Translations under genes and position numbers: made by a program
From: Octopus vulgaris
Taxonomy: Eukaryota
Reading direction: 5' to 3'
DNA: 64,000 nt
Assembly: GCA_951406725.2 (NCBI GenBank)
Contig: OX597827.1
Span: 71,982,001 to 72,046,000, forward strand
The notes under the pieces: model-generated
Databases searched by the model: none
Told to the model about the DNA's origin: nothing
Seen by the model: only the letters and a program-made list of their open reading frames with translations
In this document: positions 1 to 11,399 of the stretch, in pieces
Numbering within the stretch: the first letter of the stretch is position 1
How the letters are laid out: every line of letters starts with the position of its first letter

Positions 1-811
1 CTAGTAGTCTAACCCACAAAAAATAATCAATCAATCAAGATATATGCATTAATGATAGAATTTTTTTTTTTTTGTAAAATTAGAAAGAAAACACACACAC
101 ACACACATTTAAGCTAAAGGTCAAAGTTTATGAAATTTTGGACTTTTTCTTTTTTTTTTACAATATTTTTTCTTCTTCCATTTTTCCTTCAAATTTATCC
201 TATCAAACTTCTAACAAGATACTTTTTTTTCTATTTTTCTTGGGATTATTTATATTTTTTTTTTGTATTTTTTTTTTATGTTGTTTAATTTTGTTTCTGT
301 TTCTGTCTCCACTTATTTCAGTGATGAGCTTAAAATAATGAAAGAAATAGTTTAATAATAAAATAAAAAAAAAAAAAGGAAAAAAAAAATTACAGGTTCA
401 TCTCAATCCTGAACTTTTTTTTCACCCCACCTTTTATCATACTCTTTTAGCGATGATGTTTTTTTTAATATTTTCTTTACTATCATACACCAGTATTTTC
501 TTTTTTTGGTAATATATATATATATATACATACAAACACATACATATATATATTTTATAGCAAGTATATAATAAATGGGGGTGGTGGTTTGTGTTGCTTA
601 CAAGGGTCCAGCTTAAATCCCTTAAGCACACGCATACTTAATCTTACAATGGACCACATAAAAAGGGGGGGAGAGAGAGAGAGAGAGAAAAAAAAAGAAA
701 AAAAGTGGGGGGAGGGGGCAGGTGTATCCAGAGAACACTGGAAGTAGCTGACTATACTACTGCACCAACAATAGAAAGAAAGAAGAACAACAACAACAAA
801 AACTAGCCGTT
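1..811 (-). other. Probable PAP 3' UTR and downstream region
   Basis: Follows the stop codon; U-rich and A-rich tracts; ATTAAA candidates on the minus strand at 469-464, 356-351 and 289-284. Actual end unknown. Confidence 0.55.
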
Positions 812-910
812 TCATTTAAGTTTTAACCGTATTGCATTACGTGGAATAGCAAAAGGTTGCGAAGCCACCTGAGTTGTTGGACTGGTCAGTTCGGGAACAT
901 CATACATGGA
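812..910 (-). CDS. PAPOLA: PAP terminal coding exon (SMYDVPELTSPTTQVASQPFAIPRNAIRLKLK*)
   Basis: Long pyrimidine tract plus cttgcAG|, phase 0, TGA at 814-812; resembles the vertebrate end LSDIPALPANPIPVIKNSIKLRLNR. Confidence 0.9.
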   Translation of the reverse strand, partial: SMYDVPELTSPTTQVASQPFAIPRNAIRLKLK

Positions 911-1868
911 CTGCAAGAGAGGAGAAAAAAAGAAAAGAAAGAAAGAACGAAAACTGTTACTGGCATCTTCTGGATGAGCATGGATAAATATCAAATATTT
1001 TTATAAAGAGATGGACATGGAAATGGATTAACGGAAAGAGTAGAGCAAACAGATTTATCGAATGCTTTGCAGCCAATTAGCTATATGCTTCTGCAGTGAA
1101 TGTGTGGTTGTATGGTTAAGAAATTTGCTTCCCAACCACGTGGTTTCAGGTTCAGATGGAAACTGAAAGAAGCCTATCCTCCATGTGTGTGTCTAATGTC
1201 GGCATTTCCATGTTTGCACGGATTGGATGGAGTTCTTGGAGACAGAGTTTTCTATGGCTGGAAGCCTTCCTGTTGCCAGCCCTCACCTCTTTCCAAGCAA
1301 GGTAACATCCCCACCCTGGCCAAACATGTTTTCACAAAAATTCAGAATTGAATAATATATTCATTTACAACAGTTATGCAAATGTCAAGACAAGGAGACA
1401 CAAACATACACGCACACATATATATGTATATGTGTGTGAGTGTGTCCATGCACATACACAATGGTTTACTTTCAGTTTCCAAATCCATGCACAAGGCTCT
1501 GGACAGCTCAGGCCTCTACATAAGAAGACACTTGCCCAAGGTGCCACACAGTAGGACTGGACTTGAAACAACAGTTGGGAAGCAAATTTCTTAACCACAC
1601 AGCCATGCCTACACCCCTATATTAAAACTGATAAAAATGACTTATGTGCAAGCAGTTTTCTAAGAGGAATCAACATGTAAGCAGCAAATATTTGTATGGT
1701 ATTTAATTCTGCTGAGCCATAAGTGGTGGAGGTAAAATATTGTCAGTAAAGAACAGAGGTGCTGGTTGAAAAGCAACCTATTTCTAATACTAAAAGCCTG
1801 CAACTGCCACCATTTACTATAACAATAGATTCATGGTTATCAAATCAAATTTTGAATGAATATTATAT

Positions 1869-2099
1869 ATTTCTTTATTGCCCACAAGGGGCTAAACATA
1901 GAGGGGACAAACAAGGACAGACAAAGGGATTAAGTCGATTATATTGACCCCAGTGTGTAACTGGTACTTTACTTATCAACCCCGAAAGGATGAAAGGCAA
2001 AGTCGACCTCGGCGGAATTTGAACTCAGAACGTAACAGTAGATGAAATACAGCTAAGCATTTCGCCCGGCGTACTAACGTTTCTGCCAGCTTGCCACCT
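1869..2099 (-). mobile_element. tRNA-derived SINE (family with CCTTTCATCCTTTCGGGGTCGATAAA core, Nin/Deu-like)
   Basis: A/B-box head (GCTGGCAGAAACGT...GTTCAAATTCC); about 23-bp TSD caaattttgaatgaatattatat at 1846-1868 and 2100-2122; many copies in the window. Confidence 0.9.
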
Positions 2100-2301
2100 C
2101 AAATTTTGAATGAATATTATATGCTTTTTATTCAGCATGCAGGCATGAACTGGTTGAGTGTCACAGCATTTCATCCACTTCATTGTTTGATATACACAGC
2201 GAAAGACAACCAACTAGCTTTTAAGTTTTTGGTTTGTTTGTTGGGGGAAGGGGCTGCTTTCATGTAAAAGAAAATAAATTTGTGACCAATTCCCCACTTA
2301 C

Positions 2302-2403
2302 TTCATCATTTTCTTTCAGCTGTTTTGGAGGTGAATCGTTAAGTAATGGAGACTGTGAACGCTTCTTTGGATTGCTGGGTGGAGAATTCAAATCAGGAGC
2401 ACT
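2302..2403 (-). CDS. PAPOLA: PAP repeat exon R6 (SAPDLNSPPSNPKKRSQSPLLNDSPPKQLKENDE)
   Basis: 102 nt, phase 0/0, cttgcAG| ... |GTAAGT. Confidence 0.85.
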
Positions 2404-2594
2404 CTGCAAGAGACAATACATATGACTGGTCAGCTAGAAGAAAATTTTGAATCAAAGGCCTATGTGATCTCTTTTTAGACGTCCGTTCCAACCATTTATA
2501 ACATTAAACTATATATACATTTATAATTATCTAATAAATACAACAGAATCTCATAGCTGTATATACAACAACTTTCTGTTACCTATATATATAT

Positions 2595-2728
2595 ATGGAC
2601 CTTAAGTAATGCATATGTAAAATTTGAATGAAATCGATTGGGTAATTCTCGAGTTTTAGGGATTCACACAGACAGACAAACCCAACCGATTTCATTCAAA
2701 TTTTACATATGCATTACTTAAGGCCCAT
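2595..2728. repeat. Inverted repeat, about 49-bp arms
   Basis: atggaccttaagtaatgcatatgtaaaatttgaatgaaatcgattgggt and its near-perfect reverse complement at 2680-2728. Confidence 0.85.
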
Positions 2729-3214
2729 GGAGTGTCATGGGCCCAAAAAATTTTTCAACTTCTTGCCTAATGCAGAATTTTTCTGTTACTTCCTTCTGTA
2801 GAAATACACTTTTTGGTTCACAATGTATATTGTAAATTATGAATAATTTAGTAAGCTGATATTTGAAACAAATTAACACGAAGATTTAATGGGATGTTTT
2901 GATTTAGGTCGCTTGAAAACAAGAAGCTTATACAGGAGAACCAAGAGTCATTTTGGACAGGTTGGTATTAAAATAGTTAAATTTAACTAACTAAAAACTG
3001 TAGCAACAAACAGAACCTCATATATGATTAAAATATAACCATTTTTTGTCCCCAACCCATGCTAACATAGAAAGGGGTCATTAAATGTTGACAACAATTT
3101 TATAAGGAATAACAACAAACAGGCTCTCATTCATATGTATGTATATTGTTCTTTGTATCTTCTATCTGAATGTTTTGCGTTCTTGTCCCATTTTGTATTT
3201 TTATATATATATAT

Positions 3215-3435
3215 CATCATCGTTTAACGTCCGCTTTCCATGCTGGCATGGATTGGACGGTTTGACTGAGGGCTGGCAAGCCAGAAGGCTGCACCAGGCT
3301 CCAATCTGATCTGGCAAAATTTCTACAGCTGGATGCCCTTCCTAACACCAACCACTCCGAGAGTGTAATGGGTGCTTTTCGTGTGCCACCAGCACGAGGA
3401 CCAGTCAGGTGGTACTGGCATCAACCATGCTTGAA
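3215..3435 (-). mobile_element. SINE-like repeat (GGAAGGGCATCCAGCTGTAGAAA core, (ATG)n tail)
   Basis: Same element at about 19490, 23265, 26205, 32420-32910, 34130-34395, 37780 and 43085. Confidence 0.85.
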
Positions 3436-4865
3436 TGGTGCTTTTTACGTACCACCAGCACAGGACCAGTCTGCCAGCACTGGCATCAATCACACTCGAA
3501 TGGTGCTTTTTATGTGCCACCAGCACAGGACCAGTCTGCCAGCACTGGCATCAATCACACTCGAATGGTGCTTTTTATGTGCCACCAGCACAGGACCAGT
3601 CTGCCAGCACTGGCATCAATCACACTCGAATGGTGCTTTTTATGTGCCACCAGTACAGGACCAGTCTGCCAGCACTGGCATCAATCACACTCGAATGGTG
3701 CTTTTTATGTGCCACCAGCACAGGACCAGTCTGCCAGCACGGGCATCAATCACACTCGAATGGTGCTTTTTATGTGCCACCAGCACAGGACCAGTCTGCC
3801 AGCACTGGCATCAATCACACTCGAATGGTGCTTTTTATGTGCCACCAGCACAGGACCAGTCTGCCAGCACTGGCATCAATCACACTCGAATGGTGCTTTT
3901 TATGTGCCACCAGCACAGGACCAGTCTGCCAGCACTGGCATCAATCACACTCGAATGGTGCTTTTTATGTGCCACCAGCACAGGACCAGTCTGCCAGCAC
4001 TGGCATCAATCACACTCGAATGGTGCTTTTTATGTGCCACCAGTACAGGACCAGTCTGCCAGCACTGGCATCAATCACACTCGAATGGTGCTTTTTATGT
4101 GCCACCAGCACAGGACCAGTCTGCCAGCACTGGCATCAATCACACTCGAATGGTGCTTTTTATGTGCCACCAGCACAGGACCAGTCTGCCAGCACTGGCA
4201 TCAATCACACTCGAATGGTGCTTTTTATGTGCCACCAGCACAGGACCAGTCTGCCAGCACTGGCATCAATCACACTCGAATGGTGCTTTTTATGTGCCAC
4301 CAGCACAGGACCAGTCTGCCAGCACTGGCATCAATCACACTCGAATGGTGCTTTTTATGTGCCACCAGCACAGGACCAGTCTGCCAGCACTGGCATCAAT
4401 CACACTCGAATGGTGCTTTTTATGTGCCACCAGCACAGGACCAGTCTGCCAGCACTGGCATCAATCACACTCGAATGGTGCTTTTTATGTGCCACCAGCA
4501 CAGGACCAGTCTGCCAGCACTGGCATCAATCACACTCGAATGGTGCTTTTTATGTGCCACCAGCACAGGACCAGTCTGCCAGCACTGGCATCAATCACAC
4601 TCGAATGGTGCTTTTTATGTGCCACCAGCACAGGACCAGTCTGCCAGCACTGGCATCAATCACACTCGAATGGTGCTTTTTATGTGCCACCAGCACAGGA
4701 CCAGTCTGCCAGCACTGGCATCAATCACACTCGAATGGTGCTTTTTATGTGCCACCAGCACAGGACCAGTCTGCCAGCACTGGCATCAATCACACTCGAA
4801 TGGTGCTTTTTATGTGCCACCAGCACAGGACCAGTCTGCCAGCACTGGCACTGACCACACTCCAA
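3436..4865. repeat. Minisatellite, 22 x 65 bp, nearly identical units
   Basis: Unit tggtgctttttatgtgccaccagcacaggaccagtctgccagcactggcatcaatcacactcgaa recurs at 3436, 3501, 3566 ... 4801. Confidence 0.98.
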
Positions 4866-4881
4866 TGGTGCTTCTTAATTA

Positions 4882-4930
<49 letters not shown>

Positions 4931-4938
<8 letters not shown>

Positions 4939-5380
4939 ATATTTCTGAATGGTCATATTGTCAGTTTAGCCAATAAAAACACACGCACTATATATTTGGT
5001 GTTATTTTGCTTCAGTGATATTTATTTTTTACATTAATCTTAATCTTATTTCGGCCAAAGTTCTTTCGTCACACTCCTGTGACCGCATCAGTGGTCCTTT
5101 GTTTTCTTCTCACTTACTTGTGTCTCTCCTTACTAACCGTCAGCCATTTTGTATTTCTATTGTATGGCTGACGGTTAGTAAGGAGAGACACAAGTAAGTG
5201 AGAAGAAAACAAAGGACCACTGATGCGGTCACAGGAGTGTGACGAAAGAACTTTGGCCGAAATAAGATTAAGATTAATGTAAAAAATAAATATCACTGAA
5301 GCAAAATAACACCAAATATATAGTGCGTGTGTTTTTATTGGCTAAACTGGCAATATGACCATTCCGAAATATAACAATAT
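4931..5380. mobile_element. Long palindrome (217-bp arms, 16-nt loop), probably an inverted Penelope-like pseudo-LTR in a (TA)n tract
   Basis: 4931-5147 is the reverse complement of 5164-5380 with 2 mismatches; (TA)n on both sides; contains a hammerhead-like motif. The palindrome is certain, the family is inferred. Confidence 0.8.
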
Positions 5381-5434
5381 CTGTTTCAACACACGACTTC
5401 ACATAAAAAATCTTGCACAACAAATATTTAAACG

Positions 5435-5469
<35 letters not shown>

Positions 5470-5737
5470 GTAATCAGTTATAACAATCATATTCTCATTG
5501 AAATAATTAAAATGCAACTTATAGCTATAACAACAAACAGGTTGTCCTATATATCTAATTAAACATAACAAATCTAACAACAAACAGAATTTCCATCTGG
5601 CATAAACTAATTAGAAGCTATGCATGTTAATCCATGAATTATGAAATTAGTATGCAATTAAAACTGTGCTCGTCTTCAGCAAGAAATTTAACAGACAAAG
5701 GCAAGAATGATGATGATGATGAAAAAAAAAACGTTAC

Positions 5738-5836
5738 TTCTTTTTCTTTCATCTGTTTTGGAGGTGAATCATTAAGTAATGGTGACTGTGAACGCTTCTT
5801 GGGATTGTTGGGCGACGAATTCGTATCAGGAGCACT
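5738..5836 (-). CDS. PAPOLA: PAP repeat exon R5 (SAPDTNSSPNNPKKRSQSPLLNDSPPKQMKEKE)
   Basis: 99 nt, phase 0/0, cttgcAG| ... |GTAACG. Confidence 0.85.
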
Positions 5837-6059
5837 CTGCAAGAAACAAACAGATATTACATGTAAAGCGACCCAAAGCAGCACGTTGTGCTCTTAACCA
5901 GTTCTGCTTATTTAAAAAGATTTTCAAAAGTAAAATAAAGTGTAAAATCATTTTAAATAAGTGAAACCGGTTAAGTTAATAAATACTTTTAAAAGACTAC
6001 TGCTTTTTCAGATTCTTTTCCTTATATTTTTACTTTTGCAGTAACCCCCAACCCTACTT

Positions 6060-6113
<54 letters not shown>

Positions 6114-6854
6114 AAAAAATACAAACTGGGACAAGAACACAAAACATTTAGAAGACGATACAAAAAACAAGGACGGGACATTCGAAGCCTTCAATCTTCA
6201 GTCAAGAACCGGATCATCCTAGCAATTTCATTATATATATATATATCAAGGTACAGTGTGGTTGTGTGGTTAAGAAATTTGCTTCTCAATCACAATGCTC
6301 TGAATTCAGTCCCACTGCATGGCACCTTAGGCAAGTGTCTTCCCCTATAGCTTTGAGCCAACCAAGGCCTTAAGACAGAAACTCAAAGAAGCCTGTCATG
6401 TGTGTGGGTGTGTCTGTGTGTCCCCTTAATAGTTGTAATTTTGTGTCAGTGTCCCATAAGCTATACAATTCTTTTCCAATGTTCTGCAAAACCATGTTTG
6501 ACCATGTTCAGTTGGTAACAGGTAAGGATTGGCAACAGTAAGTGCCTCCAGCTGTAAAACAAAATCTGCCTCAACAACCTACACCCAACCCAAGCAGGCA
6601 TGGAAACGTGGATGTTAAAACTTACGCACTGAATAAGCCCTATCAACTAATAGATTCCCATTTTTAATATCAAATCGTAACAGCTCACTGTCTCTGCCCC
6701 AAGCCAATGAGGGAGCTTCTATGCACTGCTAGAAATAGCAAAACAGATCTCCCTCATATGCGTGGTTACCTGTCTAGGTGATAGTGTTACAAGACTAGAA
6801 ACTGGAGAAGTTTATTGCTGTTAGTATACAACAGTAGTTCACAGCCATTTTTTA

Positions 6855-7047
6855 TCTATTCCTTTACTTGTTTCAGTCATTTGACTGCGGCCATGCTGGA
6901 GCACCGCCTTTAGTCGAGCAAATCGACCCCGGGACTTATTCTTTGTTAAGCCCAGTACTTATTCTATCGGTCTCTTTTACCGAACCGCTAAGTGACGTAA
7001 ACACACCAGCATCGGTTGTCAAGCAATGCTAGGGGGGACAAACACAG

Positions 7048-7094
<47 letters not shown>

Positions 7095-7260
7095 TACGAC
7101 AGGCTTCTTTCAGTTTCCGTCTACCAAATCCACTCACAAAGCATTGGTAGGCCCGGGGCTATAGCAGAAGACACTTGCCCAAGATGCCACGCAGTGGGAC
7201 TGAACCCGGAACCATGTGGTTGGTTAGCAAGCTACTTACCACACAGCCGCTACTGCGCCT
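6855..7260 (-). mobile_element. tRNA-derived SINE (CORE-like CTTGGGCAAGTGTCTTC, internal TA/TG microsatellite)
   Basis: Full-length copy; homologous to copies at 11400, 47700, 52050, 55023, 59680, 61500 and 62095. Confidence 0.88.
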
Positions 7261-7516
7261 ATGGACCCTTTTGTTTATTATTTTATTCTGGTGAACCCCT
7301 ATAGCCACTCAATGTTTACAAACTAATTTTACAGATACTCCTTTCAAAATTCTTATTTGGTGATTGTATGTCACAGCTTAAAATCCCAACCATAGCATGA
7401 CCCCCACAATCAAATACACGAGCCCTTTAGATATCTCTTCCAAGTTTGTGCCGTCAATACAAAGATCTTGAAGACTGCTGAGAGATATAAAATATATTAA
7501 ATAAAACATTACTTAC

Positions 7517-7615
7517 TTCACTTTCTTTTATCTTTTTGGGGGTCAAATCATTATGAAGAGGTGATCTTGAGCGTTTTCGTGAACTGTTCGGTGAACAATT
7601 TGAATCAGGGACACT
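7517..7615 (-). CDS. PAPOLA: PAP repeat exon R4 (SVPDSNCSPNSSRKRSRSPLHNDLTPKKIKKSE)
   Basis: 99 nt, phase 0/0, cttctAG| ... |GTAAGT. Confidence 0.85.
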
Positions 7616-8724
7616 CTAGAAGAAGGAACACAGTACATGTAACAATGAAACATTTAGGATTTTTGAGGGATTTTCTGAAGTAAACAATACTGCCACCCAG
7701 TTCAATACAACTTCCTAAAAATCTTTGTGTTTTCTTTTTATTCTTAACTAAAACAGCAGCACCCCACCTTTCTCTCTCTCTCTCTTTGAGTCAATGTAGA
7801 GGAGTTACACTTGATGAAATCTCCAAGTGGTTCAAATGCCCAACTCTTGATAGCCAAGTGGCTAAAAAGCATCAGCAGAAGAGCATTCAGGAATCATGAC
7901 CTGGATGCAGCGCAGCCCACATACAGTGTAAGAAGTTAAGGGCCAAGACACTTGCCTGAGAGGGATTTCTTCTCTGAAGACCTTCTGATGTTCAGCTCTC
8001 GAGAGTTGTGCGTGTGTGTGTGTGTGCATACATTAATTCATACACATATTTCTTTCCCTTCTTTTGCTGGTTTCAGTCATAGGACACCCACTTAAATACC
8101 TTTAGCTGATTATATCGGGCCCCAATACTAATTTATTGAATTTGAAAAGAGAAAGGCAAAGTCTACCTGGACATAAAACAAACTAATCAAATACCATAAG
8201 GTATTTTTGATTAATGTTCATCTAACAGTGCTGCCTTCTGATTATGCATGCACACACACAAAGAATATATTTAACTTATTTTAATAATGGTCTATGGCCA
8301 TGCTGGGGCACCATCGTGAAGACTAGTCAAACAAATTGAACTTATTTTTTAAATATTGTACTGATTCTATTGGTCATTTTTGCCAAACCACCAAGTTATA
8401 AGGACATAAACAAACCAACATTGGTTGTCTAGCAATGGAGGAAGTGTGAGAAACACAAATCAAAGACCAAAATCAAGGCTGTGACCCAGCACGGATGCAG
8501 TCTAATGACTGAAACAAGTAAAAGGAAAAAAGATAGGGGTCCTTCCCAGGCTGTGGGGATTTGAAAAGATAATGACAATGTGTTTGAATGCTTACATTAT
8601 ATGCTACGTAGACATGGATGCTTGAAAAAACTAAGAGACATCATACTTCAACACTTCAAGATCAAATCTGATATGGCATATAATCAAACAACCTTTATGT
8701 TTTTTTAATTTTTTATTTACTCAC

Positions 8725-8823
8725 TTCATTTTCTTTCATCTGTTTTGGAGGTGAATCATTAAGTACTGGTGACTGTGAACGCTTCATTGCATTGTTGGGT
8801 GAAGAATTCAAATCAGGAACATT
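8725..8823 (-). CDS. PAPOLA: PAP repeat exon R3 (NVPDLNSSPNNAMKRSQSPVLNDSPPKQMKENE)
   Basis: 99 nt, phase 0/0, cttccAG| ... |GTGAGT. Confidence 0.85.
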
Positions 8824-9370
8824 CTGGAAGGAACAACAGACATCAATGGTCAACAAGGTGAATTTCTTTATTAAAAGACATTGAATCCAATGCTTGGTTT
8901 AATACTATTACCTGGTCCCTTAAGTGCTTTTTATTCAAGAGGGAAAAGGGGCAGTGTCCATGACCGTTTACATAGCCTCTGAGATTGACGGGATGGAGGG
9001 AAGAAGCTATCCTCAAACCAGAGGCCTGGCTGGAAGAAACTGGTGGATGACTAAGTCTATCAGGCAAGTAGAGCGCGGTGGAATTTAAAGTCAGAACACA
9101 AAGAGATGGAAAGAAATACTGTAAGATGTCTGGTTTGATTTCCTTAGCTCTACCAATCTACCGTCTTGGACTGATAGAACTATTTTTCATGTCACTCTCA
9201 AAGGGATAAAAGGCAGAGTTGAACTATCAGCACAAACAGTTATAATAAATACCACAGAGCATCCTGTCCCACCCCAACAACTCTACCAGTTCAATGCCAT
9301 TAATAGGAGATATCAAAAAATCTTGGAATTCAGATATTTTATTGAGTAAAATAGGTTTTTTTTTTTTTAA

Positions 9371-9664
9371 ACCAACTCCATGAAATTGCTGCCCCTAATT
9401 CTCTCATAAGTGGAGGTGCATGGCTTAATGGTCAGAATTGTGATCAGAAAATTTATCATCATCATTGTTTAACGTCCACATTCCATGCTAGCATGGGTTG
9501 GTCAGTTTGAGTGACGACTGGCAAGCCATTCAACCCATGCTAGCATGGAAAGCGGACGTCAAATGACGGATGATGGTAATGAATCTTCTGATCATAATTC
9601 TAACCACTAAGCAAAGCACCTCCACTTATGAGAGAATTAGGGGCAGCAATCTCAAGGGGTTGGT
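9371..9664. repeat. Fold-back inverted duplication, about 130-bp arms
   Basis: attgctgcccctaattctctcataagtggaggtgc...catgggttg versus caacccatg...gcacctccacttatgagagaattaggggcagcaat. Confidence 0.85.
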
Positions 9665-10321
9665 AGAAAAAAAATAATATAAAACTGTGGTTTCGATTCC
9701 TGGACCAGGTGATGTATTGAATTCTTGAGCAAAACACTTCCTTTCACATTGCCCCAGTCCACTCAGCCGGTAAAAATGAGTAATCCTGCAATAGACTGGC
9801 ATCTTGTCCCAGGGAGGAATATCAACACCAGAGAAACCAGGAAACCCGCCTGATGTTCCTTACGGAGTAATGTGGATTGACCAATTCTATCATACAAAAC
9901 AGTATGTTTTGAAGTTTTCATGATTATATTACAACCTTCCATCAAGATTTTTATGTAACAACTTTTTGTTGTGTTCAAAACCTAATAATAATAATTACAG
10001 AGCTATCTACTTTATTGAATTTCTTCAAATTCTTGATTCTTTTTGAAATTAACTGAAACACTGGTAGCAGAATTCCCTTCAAATCATCATTTAACATCCA
10101 CTTTCCTATGCTTGCATAGGTCGGATGGAATTCACAGAGACAGCAGGTGTTCTATGGCTGGATGCCCTTCCTGTCACCAACTCTCACCTGTTCCCAAGCA
10201 AAGTAATGTGCTTTCCCCAGAAGACTGGAGACAAACAACCTCGTTTCTACGACGATGAAGTTAATTTACAACCATTGTATGATGTCTAACGAAGGATTCA
10301 CACAAACACACACCCACATGT

Positions 10322-10625
10322 GGAGGCACATGGCCTAGTGGTTAGAGCAGCGGACTTGCGGTCAAGGGATCGCAGGTTCAAATCTCAGACTGGGCAATGT
10401 GTGTGTTTATGAGCGAAACACCTAAGCTCCACGCAGCTCCGGCAGAAGGTAATGGCGAACTTCTGCTGACTCTTTCGCCACAACTTTCTCTCACTCTTTC
10501 CTCCTGCATCTTGCAGCTCACCTGCAACACACTGGCATCTCATCCAGGTGGGGAACCTATACACCAAGGAAACCGGGAAACCAGCCCTTATGAGCCAGGC
10601 GTGGCTCGAGAAGGAACAAACAATA
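10322..10625 (+). mobile_element. tRNA(Arg-like)-headed SINE, third family
   Basis: GGAGGCACATGGCCTAGTGGTTAGAGCAGCGGACTTGCGGTC...GGTTCAAATC head, then body and (AAC)-like tail. Confidence 0.8.
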
Positions 10626-11399
10626 TATATATATACATGTGACAATTCCAGTTTCTGTCTACGAAATCCACTGGCAAAGCTTTGGGCAACCCAGGGCTCT
10701 TTAGTAGATGACACTTGCCCAAGGTAACATGCAGTGGTTGGAAAGCAAAAATCGTAACCACACAGCAATAAAAGAGCTAAAAGTTGGTAGATTGCGAGAA
10801 ACAGTAAAGCAACAGACAAAATGCCTTGCAGTGTTTAATCATGTTGTTCAAATTGAGTTCAGATCCTGCAGGAACAGAGCTTTAATTTCATTCATCCATC
10901 CATTATCACCAAACGTCCATTTTCCAAGCTGGCATGGGTTAGATGGTGTGACAGGAGATGACCACCTGAAGTGCTGTGCAGGGTTCACTGTCTATTTTGA
11001 CATGGTTTCTATGGCTGGATGCCCTTCCTAGCACCAAACACTTTACAGTGTGTACTGGGTGCTTTTTACATGGCATCAGCACTTACGAGCCCACAAAATT
11101 AGGGATGCTCAGCTAGAGAGGGATGCAGGGGACACGCCTGTATGCAAGGGCAACCATACTTAGCTTGGTGGTAAGCACAGCAAACCACCAGGGATCCCAA
11201 GCCCTTGTCACCACATCTGAATAATTAAAAACTGCAACCTTCCTAAATGTGTGTAGCCTTGAACCAATGGAAGAAATATATTTCAAATTCTTATTAATTT
11301 ATAAAAAGACATTCAATTTATTAGGTAACCTTTACATGGCCACTTGGTGCTGGAAACAGCAGTCAAATCATCCTGAAATGAAAGGACATGTAATTTCTT

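Noticed and set aside
3368-4976. Three overlapping ~500-aa ORFs and a CRISPR-like appearance
   Set aside because: Pure 65-bp tandem repeat without unique spacers. The unit lacks stops, so every frame is open. It is antisense within an intron, in eukaryotic context, with no cas genes.
5015-5296. Identical 60-aa ORFs on both strands
   Set aside because: A trivial consequence of the palindrome.
6110-6230. Penelope-like fragment in (TA)n that might carry a hammerhead
   Set aside because: Truncated; no complete core with stem II could be built.
10322-10395. Possible functional tRNA genes at SINE heads
   Set aside because: The cloverleaf is incomplete and runs into SINE bodies; these are tRNA-derived heads.
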